Source of the DNA: Octopus bimaculoides
Taxonomy: Eukaryota
Assembly (NCBI RefSeq): GCF_001194135.2
Contig: NC_068986.1
Span: 89,224,942-89,288,941, forward strand
Reading direction: 5' to 3'
Length of the DNA stretch: 64,000 nt
Shown in pieces: positions 1 to 12,250 of the stretch. A model generated the notes under the pieces. That model was not told the DNA's origin and did not search any database. It worked only from the letters and a program-made list of their open reading frames with translations. Made by a program: the position numbers and the translations under genes. Position 1 is the first letter of the stretch. Every line of letters begins with the position of its first letter.

Positions 1-790
1 TTTAAACATTGGACTTGGCAAGAACTAAAATGTTGGTGTTCCAAATGGCGTAGTTTAGCGTTAGTATGTTTGAATAAAAGTTTGGCAACGGAAGTTTGTA
101 ATGTAGTAGTGCACTGAGCCCCGACAAAGGATGACTTTTGCTTAATTAAGTGCGCCAAAATAGTGTCAATAGGATGAGTAGGGGTGCAAAAAAGTGATGA
201 TGCACGCCTTGTTGTCTCTACCCCCTATGTAACACCATACACAGCAACTAAGGCGTGGGTATGGTTAACGGAGAAGCTATTGCAAGCAGTAATAGGGCTT
301 CAAAAGTCTTGACGTGATTTTTTACAACGAACTACCGCTTTGGCCCTCGACTAAGAACGCCTAGTACTCAATGTTACGCATTGGAACTTGCAAAACGTAC
401 GGAACACGGGACTTTTTGCTGTTTTCTTCAAAGTAAAAAGTGTAACGATGTAATGACTAAACGTTCGGCAACTGGTTTTTAAGGTAGCATTACATTGAAC
501 CCTGGCAAATAAAGGGTACGTGCTTCATTTATTGGGCCCAAAAATGTGTCAAAAAGGTAGCTAGAGGTACAAAACGTGTTGGTGCATGAGCCTTTTTTCA
601 TCTCTCCCCTCAAAACATCACATTCACGTGTAAAACGGAGCAATTAACACGTGAACAAAACTTCAGCAACACATGTGCGCATAAGGTCACTTTGTGTGTA
701 TGCCCCCGATCACGCGTGCAGGTCACGGGGGTGATTTCTTCGCCATGACCTAGCTCTGACCTTATGGAGTATGTGTATAAAATTTGAGGT
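1..790. mobile_element. Probable end of a decayed DNA transposon
   Basis: GC-richer non-coding block ending in ...aaatttgaggtcaatcggac, a motif typical of TIR ends; no intact ORF. Confidence 0.3.
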
Positions 791-870
791 CAATCGGACT
801 TTGAATGTGGATTTCTATAAAAAACATAAATGTCTACACACACACACACACTGACACACTGATTCAATTT

Positions 871-875
<5 letters not shown>

Positions 876-936
<61 letters not shown>
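876..936. repeat. (TA)n microsatellite
   Basis: Direct observation; similar runs at about 2283-2335, 35570-35598 and 61550-61670. Confidence 0.95.
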
Positions 937-940
<4 letters not shown>

Positions 941-1952
941 CAAAAGAAGTTGTACTTTAACTTTAATGATAGTGTACTCCCTTGCACCTCTGATCATAAG
1001 CCCCCACGTCCTAAATATAGGCTGTGCCCACAACTATCGCAAACATTACTTTTACCGGGGTACATGAATATCATTTTATACGTGTACTCGGGAAAGTGGA
1101 ATCACCATACGAAACTAAGAAATTGTAAAAATCAAAGAATCTGCCTGTATTTGGATGGTAAAACTGTAACATATATTCCTTTGCACAAGATGTAGCTGTT
1201 TGTTATAAAATATTATAAGCTTGTTTTCAATTTTAACCATTATTATATGGGATTTAGTTTCTTATATAAACTACCACTGCCACTACAAATATAGAAATAT
1301 AACTTTAACTCACAGAGGAGTCAAAATGTTAAAAACTGTGCTTTAGACGGCATAAACTAGTATCTTTGAAATTACAGATGAAATAGGGTTTATTAATGAA
1401 ATTTACTTAGGATCCAGGAACACTGAAAACTGTTAACATTGATTAGTTAATAATTTTTAATCTTCAGCGGATGCTTAGAGTGTTTTTGAAAAGTATTAGG
1501 TGGAGGTAATAGAATTATAGACACCTTCATACAATATCTCTTACTAAACGCATTTCTGCATGGAAAACCGATACAGAAATTGTAAAACACAAAATACGTC
1601 ATACGAGAATTGTTAGAACTATAAATACTCGTAGATCTAAAGCTATTATAAGAATTAATGTTTTTTTTTTCTAATATTCAAATCAGCAAAATTCAAGGAA
1701 TAAGGAACATTTCTTAATTATAAACACTATTTTAATCTACCTTGAAGACTACAATACCAGCCGAAAAATATTTCGAGTTCAATATTGAATATTTTATAGC
1801 AACCTATCCATCTTTAGCATCCATATTATTGATGACAACTCATAACTTTCATTCAGATTAGAATTAATTGTTTCAATATATCATGTATCATGTGATAGTT
1901 CATCATTATAAGAATATTTAAGAACTTAATTTTCAAACTCTCAAAATTGTAG

Positions 1953-2052
1953 GACATGCAGATGCTATTAACTGCCAAATAATGTACAGATCAGTGTGCT
2001 CTGAAGCCGTCAATCAATACCCACTGGTATATCCAGATAATTTTCGCTGCCA
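1953..2052 (+). CDS. Gene 1 (upstream tandem paralogue) A exon (100 nt): HADAINCQIMYRSVCSEAVNQYPLVYPDNFRC
   Basis: ttgtag|GA...TGC CA|gtacgt; same Cys spacing; most similar to gene 2 A8. Confidence 0.85.
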
Positions 2053-2279
2053 GTACGTATATTTAATTATTATTACTTTTATCATTAATACAACTTATAT
2101 TTAATTTTTCAGTTGTGTAATTAAGAAGATCGCTTTGTAAATACATGGTTGTAGTTTCGGCTGTATAGTGCTGCACATTTCGCAAGTGTATTTCACAATT
2201 GTCCTCGGTGACTAGTGTCTTTTAACTGAACACGTTAAGCGGAAGACCATCGTAGTGACAAATGTGACTTGGTGCGTGT

Positions 2280-2335
<56 letters not shown>

Positions 2336-2337
<2 letters not shown>

Positions 2338-2528
2338 GAGAATGTACGAAAAAACAACAACAGACGAGGACAGGTGGTGTAAATAACAAAAGGATGTATT
2401 AGTATGACGCTCAGGAATACGGCAAGTCTTTGACGTTTCGAGCTACGCTCTTCAACAGAAAGAATACGGAGACAAGGAGAAAAACACGGAGAAAAAAAAT
2501 TGAATAGTGTTCAGTCAACGGTCAATCA
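2336..2528 (-). mobile_element. Penelope-like terminal repeat remnant with a minimal hammerhead motif
   Basis: Minus strand TCTTT-CTGTTGA-A-GAGC-GTA-GCTC-GAAAC-GTC-AAAGA at 2427-2463; bounded by (TA)n. Confidence 0.55.
2427..2463 (-). ncRNA. Minimal type I hammerhead ribozyme motif (A6U variant core)
   Basis: Stem I UCUUU/AAAGA, stem II GAGC/GCUC, GAAA, palindromic ACGU, GUC cleavage triplet. Confidence 0.55.
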
Positions 2529-3340
2529 TATATATATATATCTATATATATATATATATATTATGCTTGAGTGAATGTGGATGTTTCTCATTCCTTGGCA
2601 ACTGTTTTAGTCTTAGAAATAATACATTTCTAAATCTCTGAGAGAGTTGTATGCAGTAGTGATACGATGAAGTAGTTGTATGCTGTCAATTTAATGTGAC
2701 AGTCCCCTGAAGAGAATAATACTACTGTTGGTTAGACCTAGGAAGCTGCACCGCTTCCTGTCGGCCTTGACATATTTCCTGTGTCCTTATGTTTTAGTCT
2801 TGTTTGCATCCCCGTAATTAGGCGGTTTCTCTAAGGAAAAGACTAAGGGATATATATGATATAAATGAAGTAATGAGGTCCATATGATAAACAAGAACAC
2901 TTCAGGGAAATGTCCGAACAAGGCTTCAGCCCAGTGACTAAAACGGGTAAAAATAATAAATTAAACCTGTACAAGGATATCATCAGCAGTTAATTACTAA
3001 CACTTTTTGCATTGGTACAAGACTACTAGTAATTAATTGGACGCAGAAGTTCACTAATGTACTCTATCTGAGTGTCGCTTTTAGCAGAGTGCTAAATCTA
3101 AAGCTGATTTCTACTGTATGGACAAGGATAGAAATGTGGAGCTAGGCAACAGACTGTTCGGTATAACTCCGGCATCTGAATACGAATAATTTCATAATAA
3201 TTAGAAGTACGATAGTTACTGATAGCAATGATAGTGACTATCTTGGTAGATATCTGAAACTGATATTTTCATTCGAAAATCAGAAATATTGTCGTATCTA
3301 TGAATAATGTGTTTTGCTTTTTAATATTGGTTTCAAACAA

Positions 3341-3552
3341 AGGCGGTGAGCTGGCAGAAACGTTAGCACGCCGGGCGAAATGCTTAGCGGTATTTCGTCT
3401 ATCCTTTCGTTGTGAATTCAAACTCCGTCAACGTTGCCTTTTTCTTTCATCAATTCAGGATCGATAATTTAAGTACCAGTTGCGTACTGGGTCGATCTAA
3501 TCGATTGGGCCCATCGCCTAAAATATCGGGCCTTGTGCCTAGAGTAGAAAAG
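3341..3552 (+). mobile_element. tRNA-derived SINE, family 1 (octopus OK-like)
   Basis: aaggcggtgagctggcagaaacgttagc head; 18-bp TSD aatattggtt(t/g)caaacaa at 3323-3340 and 3553-3570. Confidence 0.85.
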
Positions 3553-3759
3553 AATATTGGTTGCAAACAAACGGCTACCACACAAAATAGGTAGCAGGTA
3601 GTGTAAATTGCTGAGTCGTATTTCATCCGTCTTCACGTTCTAATTCCGTTGAGGTCGACTTTACCGTCCACCCTTTCGAAATCGATAAAATAAGTACCAG
3701 TTCCTAAATTTGAAATCAATACTGAATTAACGTTTGCCGATTTCTTTTTCTTCGTCCAG

Positions 3760-3851
3760 GCGCATTAAGTTATTTCAAGAGTGTGCTGTGAGTTTCAAAG
3801 ATAAACATTGTGTGGAAACATTTCAAAAAACCTATAAAGTTGAATGCCCAT
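3760..3851 (+). CDS. Gene 1 B exon (92 nt): RIKLFQECAVSFKDKHCVETFQKTYKVECP
   Basis: gtccag|G CGC...CCA T|gtaaga; aligns with gene 2 B8 (DKHC, terminal CP). Confidence 0.85.
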
Positions 3852-4279
3852 GTAAGATTAATTGTTTTTAATTTTAAAATCACGTTAGCTGTTCAAAATA
3901 TAATTTATTGTTTTGAAAAAAAAATTCATAATTTGTTGTTTATAAGTTGGATTACAAAATAATGTTTTGTACCTTAGTTCTAATGATTAACCTTAAAACA
4001 ATTTTGTGGGAATTTTTCAAGCAAAATTCGATGGTATTTTTTAAAATTTCCTCTTCATTCGCAGATAGCCACTGCCTAAAAAATCTGCTTCTAAAATATA
4101 TTTCCTGTCTTGATAAGGAAATATCTTACCTATCCTGGATAATAGAAACGTTAGGAGCTGTAGCAATTAGATCTGAGAATTATTAAATGGCACACAATTT
4201 GTCAACACTAGTGAGATTGACACTTACCACAAGGATATTCTTTTATATGCAATCATTTTCTCGTATTTGTATATTCCAG

Positions 4280-4372
4280 ACAAAGACACGCGTATCAAAA
4301 TTGTACAATGAAGAAAAATGAGAAGTGTTCAAAAGAGATTTGACATGCTTTATTTTATCTTTTTTTGCGAAG
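4280..4372 (+). pseudogene. Gene 1 defective B exon (counterpart of B9): QRHAYQNCTMKKNEKCSKE / frameshift / FDMLYFIFFCE
   Basis: 93 nt rather than 3n+2, with an in-frame TGA. FDML...CE matches B9 (FDMLHLISCE). The downstream intron (aacagaaattatatttgtcaa) matches 57018-57040. No A exon lies between it and the 3760 exon. Confidence 0.7.
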
Positions 4373-4699
4373 GTAATTGTTTTTATTAGTTATCTTTTTT
4401 TTTGCAGTAGACTGCTGTATCGCTGTAAACTCTAAACAGAAATTATATTTGTCAAGTTACGTTTTACAATCAATTCAAATTAATGCTTGCGTGAGAAATA
4501 TTCCCCTGCACCAATGTAATATACATTGAATTGTTTTCAGTCCTCCTTTCCTGGTGGTGTCATAGAAGCGGTTCCATATGCGAGGCACTGGAGTTTTCAA
4601 GCAATGGGTGGATTTCGGCAGATCTATCCGTTCTTTTTTTCTCTTTTTCAATAACTTTTGTATCCGTCAACATTTTCCTTAAACAGGTCTCCTCTCCGC

Positions 4700-5470
4700 T
4701 GATGATTTCTTAATGAGTGTTCTTTGCTGCGTTATTACATCATGCTACAGAAGCATCCCATCTTATATTTATTTTCTAAAGATTTGTGATATTACTTTCT
4801 TCGATGCCACTGTTTGGTGGATGGTTTCGCGTAAATTCTCATTGGTGATCTTCTCCAAGTACGAGATTCCTTGGATATTTCCTCCTATTTCGTGTGCCTG
4901 TATTTTTCGTTGAATCTATATTTTAAGGATCTGTATTTCGCATGCGTATGGAAGGTGTAGGATACTTACGATGTACAATGCTTATACTCTTTCTTATATT
5001 TTTGATGGAGGTGCTTTTGTCATCCGTATTGGATCGTCATCTTGCTGAACGCTTTTTCTGTACTTTTCTTCCCAGGAGTTTCGGTCTTGATCCTTGATCG
5101 ATAATATCTGCCTCCAATTATTTGATCTGCTATTTATCTCCAGTATCTTCATTTTGACATAAATGTTTCTGTGGAAAAGCGTGGAGTTTGTTCTAGGGGT
5201 ATTTTGTACATATTTGTGTTCAAGCTTCTTGAGGACATTAGCAAGGTACCGTTAATTCAACTACTTTATCCACACTGTTTGTTATATAATCCACTGAAAT
5301 CACGTATTGTAGTTTTTTTTCATATATTCTTTCCGAAGTTAACTGCACTTATATCATCTTTAAATGCTATCGCTTACAATCCACACCAACAAAAGGGTGC
5401 GGAAGGAGAGGGTGTCAACTCAACCTGATGTTGCGCAGATTTAAGTTTTTTGCTGAAGCCTTAGCGTAAA
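4700..5470 (-). mobile_element. Old LINE reverse transcriptase fragment
   Basis: Minus-strand translation has an AFKDDIS motif resembling YADD; many stops. Confidence 0.35.
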
Positions 5471-7185
5471 AGTATTACTAGAATAAATTACACTTTTCAT
5501 AATGTCCCAAAAACCGCCATTTCTGAAGTCCATGATGACATGCTAGAAAGCATATTTGACGATCTAATCAGTAATACTTCTATCTTCCCCGATACCTGCT
5601 CGTTGCGCTTCTGTGATATTATCTTTGCTTGCAAGATTTATCTTCCTGATAGTATTATCAGTTACAAATAGTTACTTCCACTGCATTACAGAATTCTGTG
5701 CAAGACAACTTAGATATTATGGTAACCGGAGTAGACAAATAAAGGAAATATCCTTACAACGGTGACGTTCTAGTTGAGTAACCTACTGATTCACTAACTG
5801 GATTTTATTGTCAGGGGGTAGGGGACATACGCAAAGAGACTGAGGTTAGACGGTCGGTAGAAGAACGACCTATATTATTGGATGCATTATCTACTATATT
5901 AGATCTCCTCATAGTATGATGACCATCGCTTTTTGCAATATTCGAAACTGGTATGAAACCTTCAGTGACGTTTAGAACAGAGTTTTTCAGCTTTTCTTTG
6001 TCCTACACAAAATTCAGTTTCCATTAGAACTTGCACCAAACATTTTTGAAATTTTTAATCCATTCCTTCTTCACTATCTTACATTCTATCAGTGCGTGCA
6101 CTGCACCATCGCAGGCATAATTTTACAAGCATGCATAGATTGCACTACATTTGTATACATAGGCCTGTAGATATCACCATGAAAATATTAAAAAAAGCTA
6201 TAAATATGAAAGGATCTGCCTGCAGCAGATTGTTCATGAGAATACATAAAGTTCTGATATCCGATTAAAATGTTCTTGATGGATATGCTGACTGTAGACT
6301 GTGTCACATTATAAGCCAGTTCTCCTCTCCATTAAATCAAAATACATATAATTCCTTGATCTGTGCCTCTCCGGTGTTCTTACATTGTATATGCTAATCG
6401 TTCTTTCTCCCAAGAACTACTCCTGTCTAGTCACCAACAGGACACATCTCATCTAGTCGAATAGGGTAGGTACCCGGGTATATATTTACTTCTTGCTCTA
6501 TTTATCCTGGTGTGCGAGTTGTAGCAGAGAGCTGCCTATGTTTAGTGTGAGCAAAATATGTTTTCTGTCGCAGCAGTGTAATATTAATGTTGTTGTATGG
6601 AGTACTATAATACCAAACATGAATAGCATACATTCAATATGTATTTAATATCTCACCGTAATGTGATATGTCTGTATTACCACTAATGCAGTGATATAAA
6701 GGGATATAAACAGAATATCAAGCCTTATCCTATAGATAGTTAACTTTAATTGTAACGAAATTGTTTATGGAATGTCAGCGCAATGCAGTAACACTTCACG
6801 TAGATGCAATATGATATAATTTAAGCTTTATAATCAGGAAGAAGACAATCCCTTGACCGTTTCAAGGCCTCTGAGAGTAGTTGGGAAGACGGTGAAGGAG
6901 GGGAGATATTCTCAAACCGAAAACCGAATGCTTGCAATAGAAAGGATTCCACTGAAATATTTCAGGAACCAAATAGTGATCATAATCTAGGTAACTTTAA
7001 CTCCAACAGCTGGAACAGCTGTCATAGTTACTAGAATATCACTGCCAACTAAAACATAACAATTAGCAAAGTCATTATCAAAATAACACAGACAATACTG
7101 AATTATAGAAAATAATATACCTTCTGTTTTAAATCACTCTTCAAAAGAAATACTTAAAGGTATATTTTTCCGTTTTCTTTTGCAG

Positions 7186-7214
7186 GACAGATTCCAATTA
7201 ACCAACAATACTGA
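7186..7214 (+). CDS. Gene 1 putative terminal exon: (G)QIPINQQY*
   Basis: ttttcttttgcag|GA CAG ATT CCA ATT AAC CAA CAA TAC TGA; colinear with 59752-59780; AATAAA at 7251-7256. Confidence 0.55.
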
Positions 7215-8399
7215 AGCTGTGACTATGGCTATTTCTTGAAATTTACATGAAATAAAATTGGATTTTGAAAGATTTCCCTTGTGTGTCTGTTATTTCGCAG
7301 TTTTATTCGAATAAGGATAGTTACTAAAAATTGCATTGTTATTTGATATTGCGGGATTTCAATGGAGGTCAAGACCAACGTTTATTGATTGAAGGGTTTC
7401 AGATATACATAATGTGGGGACTAAATTATGCTGGGTTTAGTCCTCAAGGAAGATTTGTGTTGTCTATGTCTAGTGTTAATTCCAATGTTACACTGCTCTG
7501 TATCAACCACAATTGCTATATTTCAAAAGTACAGTAATACATATTTTAGACAATCGTCATTGGTCGAGCAATGTGGTGGATGTTTTCTATTATTTCCATT
7601 AACAGCGGGGAAGCGTTATTTGTACAGCTATAACTAACTTTTATAGCGTTTAACGAAAAGCTTTATTTTGTTAAGGAGTAGTGAGATGTGTATGAGCTGA
7701 AGAAAATACTCATATATTATGTTTATTAAAATAGGACATGTAATACATACCAATCAAAGTATTATATTTATACATTATCAAACACTTTCGGATCACCTGG
7801 TAAACTAATTGCAAGACCTTACTGTGAAATTCTGGATCTTATGGGTACTTAAACATAAAAAGCAAACGATTGTATACTATAGCACTACGGTGCTTGGAAC
7901 AAGTATATGCTTGGAACAAGTGAACCACTGAAAATATCACAATATCTCTCCGAAGATATACACAAATGAATTAATATTAGAAAATGTTCTGCTTTCAATA
8001 AAAGTGGTTAAATTGTGATTTATACGACAATGATGAAATCATAGTCTTCTGACTTGATTATTAACTGAGAAACGTACGGTTATAGAAAATATAATAAATG
8101 TAATGCTGAAGAAACGACAAAATCATATTGTCATAGCGAGTGGAAATCCATTTTAAATGCAAAGACTATTGAACTGGCTAATAAACAGTATAAAATCTAT
8201 AACACCTAAATAGACACTTAAATTTTACAAAATAAAATCACATCATGAATATGCACCTGGCCTGCGAAACATTATTTCCAGAAATATTGAAGAGATATTG
8301 TGAATGTTCACACGCATGTAAAAGTCTATTTCATTTCAATAAAAACCTTAATCGAAGACAGTAGAAGGTTTCTCTATTCACAATATTTCGTTATTGTGT

Positions 8400-9480
8400 T
8401 GGATGCTTAGCGTTTTATTATTCAGGCCATGAAGTTACTGAAGGACATTGTATACACATAACTGTGGCTATATGACAGATTTGTTTTGTACAAATCTGTA
8501 TAGTAATACACTGAAAGATCACTCAGGACATTTAAATAAATTATCACAGACATTTTTGTAAAGACTGATAGTTATTCCGACGTTTTTCCTTCGCATAGAT
8601 GTCGAAAGTATGCGATAAAGAAAGATAAAACAAGATGATAGAAGAACTTAAATGAGCACTAGAAATAGACCAGATCCTAGGAGAAAAAGATTTGTTGGTC
8701 GTTTATGAAGGTCTAAAGAAAGTTATGTACAATGCTAAGAAATGTTAGGTGTGTTGAAAGAAAAATAAGATTAAACGGATGAGCGAGCAGTTAGTTACTA
8801 AGGAACAGCAGTCTAAATAGGACTAAAGAGGAGCTGGATAGACTATAAAAGAGACCTATAATGACTCAAAATTAGAGCAATCGTTCCTACTCATGGACTA
8901 TTTAAAACAACCAACTAAATTATGAGTGAAATTTCAATTTAGAGATCTCAACAAGAAAGAAGTATATAAATTCATGAAGAACGCAAAAGTGAAGAGAGCA
9001 TCTCGAGGTGATGATGTACCATACAAAATGAACGAATACCTACAACTTGTAGAGTCTTGCTGGAAATGTAAACTGGGGCACGATTGAAGGGAAATTGATT
9101 GGCCGGTTCAGACCAATTTCCATTCTGAAGGTAGACGGGAAGATTTATATGGGGTTACTCGCTAAGAGAACCGCTATTTATTTACAAAATACTAGCAATG
9201 TTGCTAAAGGTGTTTTGAAGGATGGAATCCCAGGAACTTCTGGGAGTGTGGAACACGAAATTTAAATTTGGGACTAAAGACATACGCAAAGAGGAATAAA
9301 AGGGATTTGAATGCTTTATGTTTTGGTCTGCCCAATGTTTATGGTTCTGCATTACACAAATTGTGGGTGGAAGCAACAGACTATTTCTAAATACCAGAGA
9401 AGATTAAGGATTCGATGAAGAGTTACTACAACAATTTCAAAATGCAGTTCTCGAAACAGAAATTCCACAGCACGCGGGCG
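8400..9480 (+). mobile_element. Highly decayed RTE-like LINE fragment
   Basis: Fragmentary RT-like peptides with many stops and frameshifts. Confidence 0.35.
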
Positions 9481-10369
9481 TCGTCTTGGAATTGGAATTG
9501 CTTATAGGTTGCAGAGTATCAGTCGCATTTGCTTGTTGTCGACATGCTGATCAGATCACCAGATTGCTCAGAAAAAAACCCGGCTAAATTAAAATCACCT
9601 ACGAAAACTGTCATAAATGACATAGAAATGCAAAAAGGAGACCAAAAGCACGTGCAAACAATTCTGGATAGACAGGGTGAATTAATTACTTGGTAGAGAA
9701 TGCCGTTTAAAGCCAATGAGTGATAGAGTCTGACATTCGTAAAAGATCGGTAGAAGCAAATGAAGTTCAAAATAGAAGAAACCATACCAATGGTCAAATA
9801 CAATTCTATAATGAGTTTATGATGATGATATGCTAACTGGTTGTCCGATAATAGAGAAAATATCACAAACCGAGGATAGGTTAAAACTACCGAACAAATA
9901 CAAGATTTGATACTTGTAGCTTGAACCCTAACCCTAACCCTGACCCCCAGCTCGTATGCTGACATGGTTGCTACACTTGGGAATTACGCTTCAACTTTAT
10001 CAGTAGTGCAAAAGTTGAATCTGAATTTGGGAGGGAAAGGGAGAATGGTGAAGATACCCCAAGGTCTGGACATCCAGTATCTGCTGCCACCGAACATTGA
10101 TCGTGATCAGCACGTTATGATGAAAAACAGAGCTTAACTATAAATAAAGCTGATGTTACTAACATATTCCATGGGAGAGTTGAAAGTATTCTGCACAAAG
10201 GTTTGGCATGATGAAGTTTTGTGCTCAGTGGGTGCCACGTCTTATGACACCTGATTAAAGGGCACTGAGATGATCACATCATGGGAAAATCTAACATTAT
10301 TTGACACAGATCCAGCTAATTTACTTAAAAGTTTCCCAAGTCAAGATGAATGTCGGTTTCACTTTGAGC

Positions 10370-10885
10370 CAGAGACAAAGAGACAAAGAGACAATCCAAA
10401 GAAGACCAAGATCGTTTTATCTGCAGGATAAGAGATGACTACTGTCTTCAACTTTCTGAGGCAGTTGCGGAAATATATCATGATGAAACAGCCAAGAAAA
10501 CTAACGAAAGGTGTCTTTTTACATCAGGACAATGCTCCAGTACACAACTTGTTGGTTTCAATGGCTGTTCTACTGGACTGTTTTTGAACTAGTTGATCAC
10601 GCTCTCTATTCTTCTAATTTCGCCCCACCTCACTATCATGTGTTCCTCAAGATGAAAAAGCACTTGCTTGGGAATCGGTGTCGCAGTAATGGTGACGTCA
10701 TATGTATTGTTGATAATTTTTTTAACCAACAGGATGAAAACTTTTTCACCAATGAGATACACGCACTGCAACACCGATAGAAGTGGGTGGACTGCAAGGG
10801 GAACTATGCTGAAAAATAAACATCATTTGATCACATTCCATTAGAGTATCTTAGTCAGCCTATGAACTTTTCAGCCAACCGTCAC
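10370..10885 (+). mobile_element. Mariner transposase 3' fragment with right TIR
   Basis: HQDNAPVH at about 10522; YSSNFAPPHYHVFLKMKKHL resembles YSPDLAPSDYHLF; TIR-like end cctatgaacttttcagccaacc. Confidence 0.75.
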
Positions 10886-10929
10886 AGACAATATTGAATT
10901 ACATAAAATAAATACACTCTCTCTATCTT

Positions 10930-12250
10930 CAATAAATCTTCAATAGTAATACTTGAAATATTTTTCCAACCGCTTTGCATATCAGATTCAAATTAGCAAT
11001 TAGTCCTGAAGCTGTGATTATGGCACCGTTTTGAAATTTATACAAAATAAAGTTGGATTTTTCAATAATTCCATGTGTGTCATTTACTTTGCAGTTTTAT
11101 TCTACTTTCCAAAAATTGCATCGTTATTCGATCTTGCAGTATTTCGGTGGGCGTCCAAAATTGGAGAGTTTCAGATATACTTCATGTAAAAGCTAAATAT
11201 GTGCCTAGTCCTAAAAGCGGGTATGTGTTATCTATGTCTCGTTAAATTCAGTGACACACTTCCTAGTATCAACTACAGTTGCTATGTTTCAAAGCTACAG
11301 TAATAAATACATTAGATCTCATTGGCTGAGTAATGCGGTGATTGTTTCTGTTATTTTCGATTAACACTAGGGCAGTGTTTCTTGTACAACGTTAACTAAC
11401 TTTTGCAGCAATTAATAAAAAATTGTAATGTATTCATCAGTAGAGGGAAGTTGATGGATGGTAGTAAATATTCAAATGCTTTGTACGCAGCTTTAGCATT
11501 CTAGAAAAAAGAACTATTATACTGAATTTATAATCTGGGATTTAGTACATACGAATAAATATTTATACTTTGTCAAACACTTCAGATTACCTTGTAAACA
11601 AATAATAGGATAATAGTATGTTTCTTTAGATCTTAACATCACAGATTAAATCATATAAAAACGAAAGAACATAATCCATAAAATTAAACTATTTTTGTTA
11701 TTTTTTTCTTTTCGTCACATAAATAACCCGTGACACAGCAAGTGAACCTTCCAAAATTATATGTAATATAAGTTTAATCACAAAATCTCTCGGAAAATGT
11801 ACTGAGATAAGTTACTATTATAAAAATTTCTAAGGCGGTGAGCAGGCAGAATAGTTAACACGCTGGGAAAAATTCTTAGCCTGTCATTACATTTTGAGTT
11901 CAAATCCACCGAGGCTGACTTTATCTTTCATCCTTTCCAGGTTGATAATATAAGAAACAACAGAGCACTGGGGTTGATGTAATCGACTTGACTCCGCCTC
12001 GAAATTGCTGGCAGTGTGCAAAAATATGAAACCAAGACTATAAAATGTTCACTTTCCTTTGATTTGTAAGTGGTTAAATAGTGTATTATACCTGACAATT
12101 TATGTAATTATATATCTCTTTAAGATATAAAATTAATGTCATTATTATGATCGAAATGTTGGAATAGATATAATGAATATATGAACATAATTATTCAATT
12201 ATTTTCAACTGCAACGTGAAAATCTCTATGAAGACATACGGAAATTTGCA
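10930..12250 (+). pseudogene. Degenerate third copy of the terminal exon and 3' block
   Basis: Acceptor mutated (tttgcat), premature TAG at 11001-11003, then TGAagctgtg and AATAAA (11046-11051). Alignable by eye to 7130-8300 and 59700-60480. Interrupted by a SINE. Confidence 0.65.
11832..12036 (+). mobile_element. SINE family 1 copy
   Basis: aaggcggtgagcaggcagaatagttaacacg head and shared body. Confidence 0.8.

Noticed and set aside
1316-1360. RSQNVKNCAL, resembling the start of a B exon
   Set aside because: Wrong phase relative to the acceptor and an early TAG; probably chance.
4066-4186. DSHCLKNLLLKYISC after a good acceptor, a possible A exon in gene 1
   Set aside because: C-x10-C spacing, no PD motif, no third Cys and no suitable donor.
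9519-9965. 148-aa ORF with a GDFN motif, and two taaccc repeats at ~9928-9940
   Set aside because: An isolated motif without other endonuclease motifs; the repeats are too short to call an interstitial telomere.
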